A DNA stretch of 54,501 nt, from positions 1-54,501 of IMG/VR virus record IMGVR_UViG_3300017747_002190. One strand, 5' to 3'. Below, one piece after another: positions 51,260 through 54,501 of this stretch. The notes beneath the pieces were generated by a model. It searched no databases. It was not told the origin of the DNA and worked only from the letters and a program-made list of their open reading frames with translations. This stretch comes from a virus. Lineage: Duplodnaviria; Caudoviricetes. A program made the position numbers and the translations under genes. How positions within the stretch are numbered: the first letter of the stretch is position 1; the number at the start of each line of letters is the position of its first letter.

Positions 51260-51943
51260 ATGCTGAGTACGACTCGGTTCCCGAATGGCGTCACCAATGT
51301 CGGCGAGGATTCGCTCTTCGCTGCCATGGGGCAACTGGCGCCCACGAAGTTCCACACCTACATGGAGGACTTCGACTACTACGCTGCGGCCGACTGGACG
51401 GTCACCGAGACCCAGGCCGGCGCCACCCAGGCGCTGACCAACGGTGATGGCGGTCTGCTGCTTCTGACCAACTCGGCTGCGGATGACGACCTGAACGCCT
51501 TGCAGAAGGTGGGCGCGTCGTTTGCGTTCGCCGCTGGGAAGAAGCTCTGGTTTGAGGCCCGCTTCAAAGTGAGCGACGCCACCCAGTCGGACTTCGTGAT
51601 GGGCCTGCAAGGGACCGACACGACGCCGCTGGACACGAGCGATGGGGTCTTCTTCCTGAAGGCCGATGGGTCTACGTCGGTCAGCCTCGTGGTTGAGGCG
51701 AGCAGCACTGCGACGACGACGTCGTCTGTGGCTACCGTGGCCAACGACACTTTCGTGCGCCTGGGCTTCTGGTACGACGGCGACGCTGCGGTGTACTACT
51801 TCGTCAATGGCGCTTTGGGCGGCAAGTCGGTGACGACGAATCTGCCTACGGCTGACCTGCGGGTGTCGTTTGGCATCCAGAACGGCGAGGCGGTGGCCAA
51901 GACCATGACCATCGACTACGTCTTCGTGGCGAAGGAGCGCTGA
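51260..51943 (+). CDS. Virion protein (beta-sandwich-like, possible decoration)
   Basis: TTRFPNGVTN...YMEDFD...WFEARFKVSD...TIDYVFVAKER. Confidence 0.65.
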   Translation: MLSTTRFPNGVTNVGEDSLFAAMGQLAPTKFHTYMEDFDYYAAADWTVTETQAGATQALTNGDGGLLLLTNSAADDDLNALQKVGASFAFAAGKKLWFEARFKVSDATQSDFVMGLQGTDTTPLDTSDGVFFLKADGSTSVSLVVEASSTATTTSSVATVANDTFVRLGFWYDGDAAVYYFVNGALGGKSVTTNLPTADLRVSFGIQNGEAVAKTMTIDYVFVAKER

Positions 51944-51945
51944 TC

Positions 51946-52914
51946 ATGGGTCAATTCAAGCCGATGGTGAAGATGGAGACGACGGAGCCGTCCGTCGAGC
52001 TCAAGCTCAAGAAGGGCGGCGAGGTCAAGATGCAGATGGGCGGCGCCGCCCCGATGCGTCCGATGCCGGGCATGCCGGCTCGCGGTGGCTCCATGGCCGC
52101 CATGAGCCCTGCCAAGCCGTCTCTGGCGGCTCGCCGCCGGGCGATGCAGGCCATGCCTGCCGCTGCGGCTCCTGCGGGCCCTGTGGGGCGTGCTGGCCGC
52201 ATGATGGCCGAGGGTGGCGAGTCCAAATCGGCCCACAAGGCCGAGATGAAGGCCATCAAGGGCCTGGGCGAGAAGATGTCCGCTCACGCTGCCAAGCCCG
52301 CCAGCAAGGCCCACAAGGGCCTGAAGACGGGCGGTGTGGCCAATGCCCAGGGCGGCTACGCTGCGGGCGGCAAGGTGACCACCAAGGTCGCTACGGCGCA
52401 TCCTGACAACTCCCCGGCCAAGACCGGCGACGTGAAGCTGGGCAACGGCGGCGGGTACGCCACCGGTGGCGTGGCCAAGGCGAACGGCGGCGGCTACAAG
52501 ACGGGTGGTTCCGCAAAAAAAGCCTACGCCACGGGGGGTCGTGTTGACTCTGGTGCGCCCGTGGCGATGCCTCAAGGCCGCAAGCTGCCTTCCAAGCCGG
52601 TGAGCATCGACCGGCTGTCCGGCACGTTCAAGGACGGCGGAAAGGTGGATGCCTACGACAAGATCAAGTCGATGGACATCCCGGCAGAGGCCAAGTCGAG
52701 GCTGCAGCAGGCTGAGAACGAGAAGGCTTACAAGGCCTTTGAGGAGCAGCAGAAGCGCGGCGAGCCGTCGATCAGCGATATGCTCTCGGGGATCCCGAGT
52801 GCGGTGAAGCGCATGTTCAACCGCGACAAGGCGCCTGGATCTGTCACCAAGACGGAGAAGGCTGTCACGGTGGAGCCTGTGCCGAAGAAGCGCGGCGGTC
52901 TAGCGAAGTGCTGA
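51946..52914 (+). CDS. Basic low-complexity protein with ~11 repeats of a Phi-[AKQ]-x-G-G motif (candidate internal head protein)
   Basis: LKKGG, MQMGG, MAEGG, LKTGG, YAAGG, YATGG, KANGG, YKTGG, YATGG, FKDGG, KKRGG. Confidence 0.75.
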   Translation: MGQFKPMVKMETTEPSVELKLKKGGEVKMQMGGAAPMRPMPGMPARGGSMAAMSPAKPSLAARRRAMQAMPAAAAPAGPVGRAGRMMAEGGESKSAHKAEMKAIKGLGEKMSAHAAKPASKAHKGLKTGGVANAQGGYAAGGKVTTKVATAHPDNSPAKTGDVKLGNGGGYATGGVAKANGGGYKTGGSAKKAYATGGRVDSGAPVAMPQGRKLPSKPVSIDRLSGTFKDGGKVDAYDKIKSMDIPAEAKSRLQQAENEKAYKAFEEQQKRGEPSISDMLSGIPSAVKRMFNRDKAPGSVTKTEKAVTVEPVPKKRGGLAKC

Positions 52915-52920
52915 AACAAG

Positions 52921-52947
52921 GTGGGGGCTTCGGCCCCCGCTTTCCTT
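52921..52947 (+). terminator. Rho-independent terminator-like hairpin
   Basis: GTGGGGGC-TTCG-GCCCCCGC-TTTCCTT. Confidence 0.7.
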
Positions 52948-52958
52948 GAGGATTGAAA

Positions 52959-53714
52959 ATGGGAACATATTCTTCCGCGACCCGTCAGGGAGCGTATGAG
53001 CCGTTTGAATTGCAAGTGTCCCGTGGGCAGGTTGACGGGCACTCAGTGGTGAACATTTTTGGCAATACTACCGCTCTCGGTAGCACTGCTTTTGGCCCTC
53101 TGTGGGAGGGTTTGACTGGCAGCGGCGGCGCTTACGCTTACCCAGCCTCTGCTGTCGTGATGACACTTGCAAGCTCTTCCGCTTCTGACACAGCCGTCAC
53201 CATTCGCGTGGAAGGACTTGGCGCTGGGTTTGTCGAGCAATCTGAGGATGTCGTGTTGAACGGCACGACTGGAGTCAACACCACCAAAACTTTCCTGCGA
53301 ATCAACCGCATGGAGACTTGGTCTGGTAACGCTGTGGGTGCTGTATCCGCCACGAATGGCGGCACTTTGTACGCAAGGATTACGGCTGGCAACGGCGTGA
53401 CTCAGATGTCCCTGTACACCGTGCCTGCTGGCTACACGTTCTACCAAACCTACTATCAGGCCGACACCAACACGTCCGCGACGAGTGGTGCTTACGTCAG
53501 GTTGCGTACATATCAAGTTCACCGGGAAAGAGTCGGTGAGGTTGTGACGGCTGAGTTGCAAACTGCGTTTGTGCAACAACTGACGATTCCTCTTCAGTTC
53601 CCCGTGTCTTACCCAGAAAAGCACGACATCCAATGGCAACTGCTTGGTGCTGGTGGTGCTGGCGCGGTGGCCAATGTCTATGTTGGCGGTATTCTGATCA
53701 AGAACCCGGACTGA
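52959..53714 (+). CDS. Virion protein
   Basis: FELQVSRGQVDGHSVVNIFG...EDVVLNGTT...FLRINRM...SLYTVPAGYTFY...PEKHDI. Confidence 0.65.
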   Translation: MGTYSSATRQGAYEPFELQVSRGQVDGHSVVNIFGNTTALGSTAFGPLWEGLTGSGGAYAYPASAVVMTLASSSASDTAVTIRVEGLGAGFVEQSEDVVLNGTTGVNTTKTFLRINRMETWSGNAVGAVSATNGGTLYARITAGNGVTQMSLYTVPAGYTFYQTYYQADTNTSATSGAYVRLRTYQVHRERVGEVVTAELQTAFVQQLTIPLQFPVSYPEKHDIQWQLLGAGGAGAVANVYVGGILIKNPD

Positions 53715-53716
53715 TC

Positions 53717-53899
53717 ATGCCCGCCAAGTCGCAAGCCCAGTTCCGTCTGATGAAGGCGGCCGAGAAAGATCCCAAAGTGGCCAAGAAGGTCGGCATCAAG
53801 CCGAGCGTGGCTGCCGAGTTCACGTCTGGGAACGTCAAGGGGCGGGCGTACAAGAAGCTGCCGGAGGCCAAGAAGGCCGGCGGCGGGGCGTGCTGGTGA
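53717..53899 (+). CDS. Small basic late protein
   Basis: MPAKSQAQFRLMKAA...KVGIKPSVAAEF...KKAGGGACW. Confidence 0.7.
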   Translation: MPAKSQAQFRLMKAAEKDPKVAKKVGIKPSVAAEFTSGNVKGRAYKKLPEAKKAGGGACW

Positions 53900-53902
53900 G
53901 CC

Positions 53903-54151
53903 ATGGCCAAGAACGTCAGTCTGGCCATTGGACGTGGTGAGAAGCTCTCGGCTGAGCGCGGAGCGGGCTTGACCGCGAAGGGCCGGGAGAAGTACAACCG
54001 CGAGACCGGGTCGAACCTCAAGGCTCCGCAGCCCGAGGGTGGGCCGCGGCGTGATTCATTCTGCGCCCGTATGGGCCCGGTGGCCCGCAAGAGCGAGCCT
54101 GGAAGCCGGTCTCGTGCGTCCATGAAGCGCTGGAACTGTCCGGGGTGGTGA
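53903..54151 (+). CDS. Small basic conserved protein (DUF6321-like)
   Basis: GLTAKGREKYNRETGSNLKAP...RRDSFCARM...KRWNC. Confidence 0.65.
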   Translation: MAKNVSLAIGRGEKLSAERGAGLTAKGREKYNRETGSNLKAPQPEGGPRRDSFCARMGPVARKSEPGSRSRASMKRWNCPGW

Positions 54152-54501
54152 TGGCGTACTCAGGCACTGTTGGCACGACTCTCGTATCGGTCCAGAAGCT
54201 GATCGACCACGGGGCGCGGCGCTGCGGCAAGCTGGCCGAGGAGTTGACCTCGGAGCAGGTTCAGGCGTCGCGCACGATGCTGTTCTACCTGCTGTCGAAC
54301 CTGATCAACATCGGAATCCAGTATTGGGCGATCAACAAGAAGGTCATCGGCCTGAACGCGAACCAGTACATCTACGACCTGCCTGTGGGCGGCGTGGACG
54401 TGCTGCAGGCGCTGTACCGGCGTATGAACAGGCCGACGCCCAACAGCACTGGCGGGTACTCGTCCAGTGCCGGCGGGGTGGTCGGCAACGCGTTCGACAA
54501 C
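54151..54501 (+). CDS. N-terminal part of the head-tail adaptor-like protein (continues at position 1)
   Basis: MAYSGTVGTTLVSVQKLIDHGARRCGK...NIGIQYWAI...YDLPVGGVDVL; open to the contig end and in frame with 1-846. Confidence 0.75.
   Translation, partial: MAYSGTVGTTLVSVQKLIDHGARRCGKLAEELTSEQVQASRTMLFYLLSNLINIGIQYWAINKKVIGLNANQYIYDLPVGGVDVLQALYRRMNRPTPNSTGGYSSSAGGVVGNAFDN
54379..54501. repeat. Terminal direct repeat, copy 2
   Basis: Identical to 1-123. Confidence 0.97.

Noticed and set aside
51200-51262. Programmed readthrough or frameshift fusing the capsid protein to the next gene
   Set aside because: No slippery heptamer is visible, and the downstream gene has its own strong AAAGGAG SD and ATG.
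54379-54501. 123-bp terminal repeat as a physical (T7-like) direct terminal repeat
   Set aside because: It lies mid-gene with no regulatory features and has the size of an assembler overlap, so it indicates circularity rather than the true packaging ends.

Overview
This looks like a complete, circularly assembled dsDNA tailed-phage genome of about 54.4 kb. Bases 1-123 repeat exactly at 54379-54501, and one gene runs across the join. It is GC-rich and podovirus-like; the structural gene set resembles HTVC010P-type/freshwater podoviruses and the host is probably a GC-rich proteobacterium (both inferred). There are three blocks. (1) A long + strand late arm, ~37.6 kb across the join to 24047: TerS, TerL, a large polyvalent protein, portal, GroES-like co-chaperonin, scaffold, capsid, adaptor, tail fibres, lysis genes, nozzle and ejection proteins, one with an SLT domain. 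(2) A - strand early arm, 29065 to 24044: SSB-like protein, DUF2829/Tad2-like protein, PD-(D/E)XK exonuclease and many small coupled ORFs. (3) A + strand early/middle arm, 29180 to ~37.6 kb: Cro/YdaS-like protein, two DUF1376 proteins with iterons, RuvC-like resolvase, Ref-like nuclease, repeated promoter cassettes and a MazG-like protein. I recognised no integrase, CI repressor, DNA polymerase, tRNA or CRISPR array. The most interesting signals are these. A short [MLFYK]-[AKQR]-x-G-G-x-[VA] motif recurs ~11 times in one capsid-adjacent protein and sits at domain boundaries of the polyvalent ART-like/glycosylase-like protein and of an ejection protein, suggesting a shared cargo-packaging or processing signal. 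Six homologous promoter/5'-leader cassettes occur, several with a TGTAA-N7-TTACA operator-like site. A structured RNA leader precedes the replication initiator, and the Tad2-like domain is fused to an AT-hook tail. All family calls come from motif recognition by eye, not from database searches.
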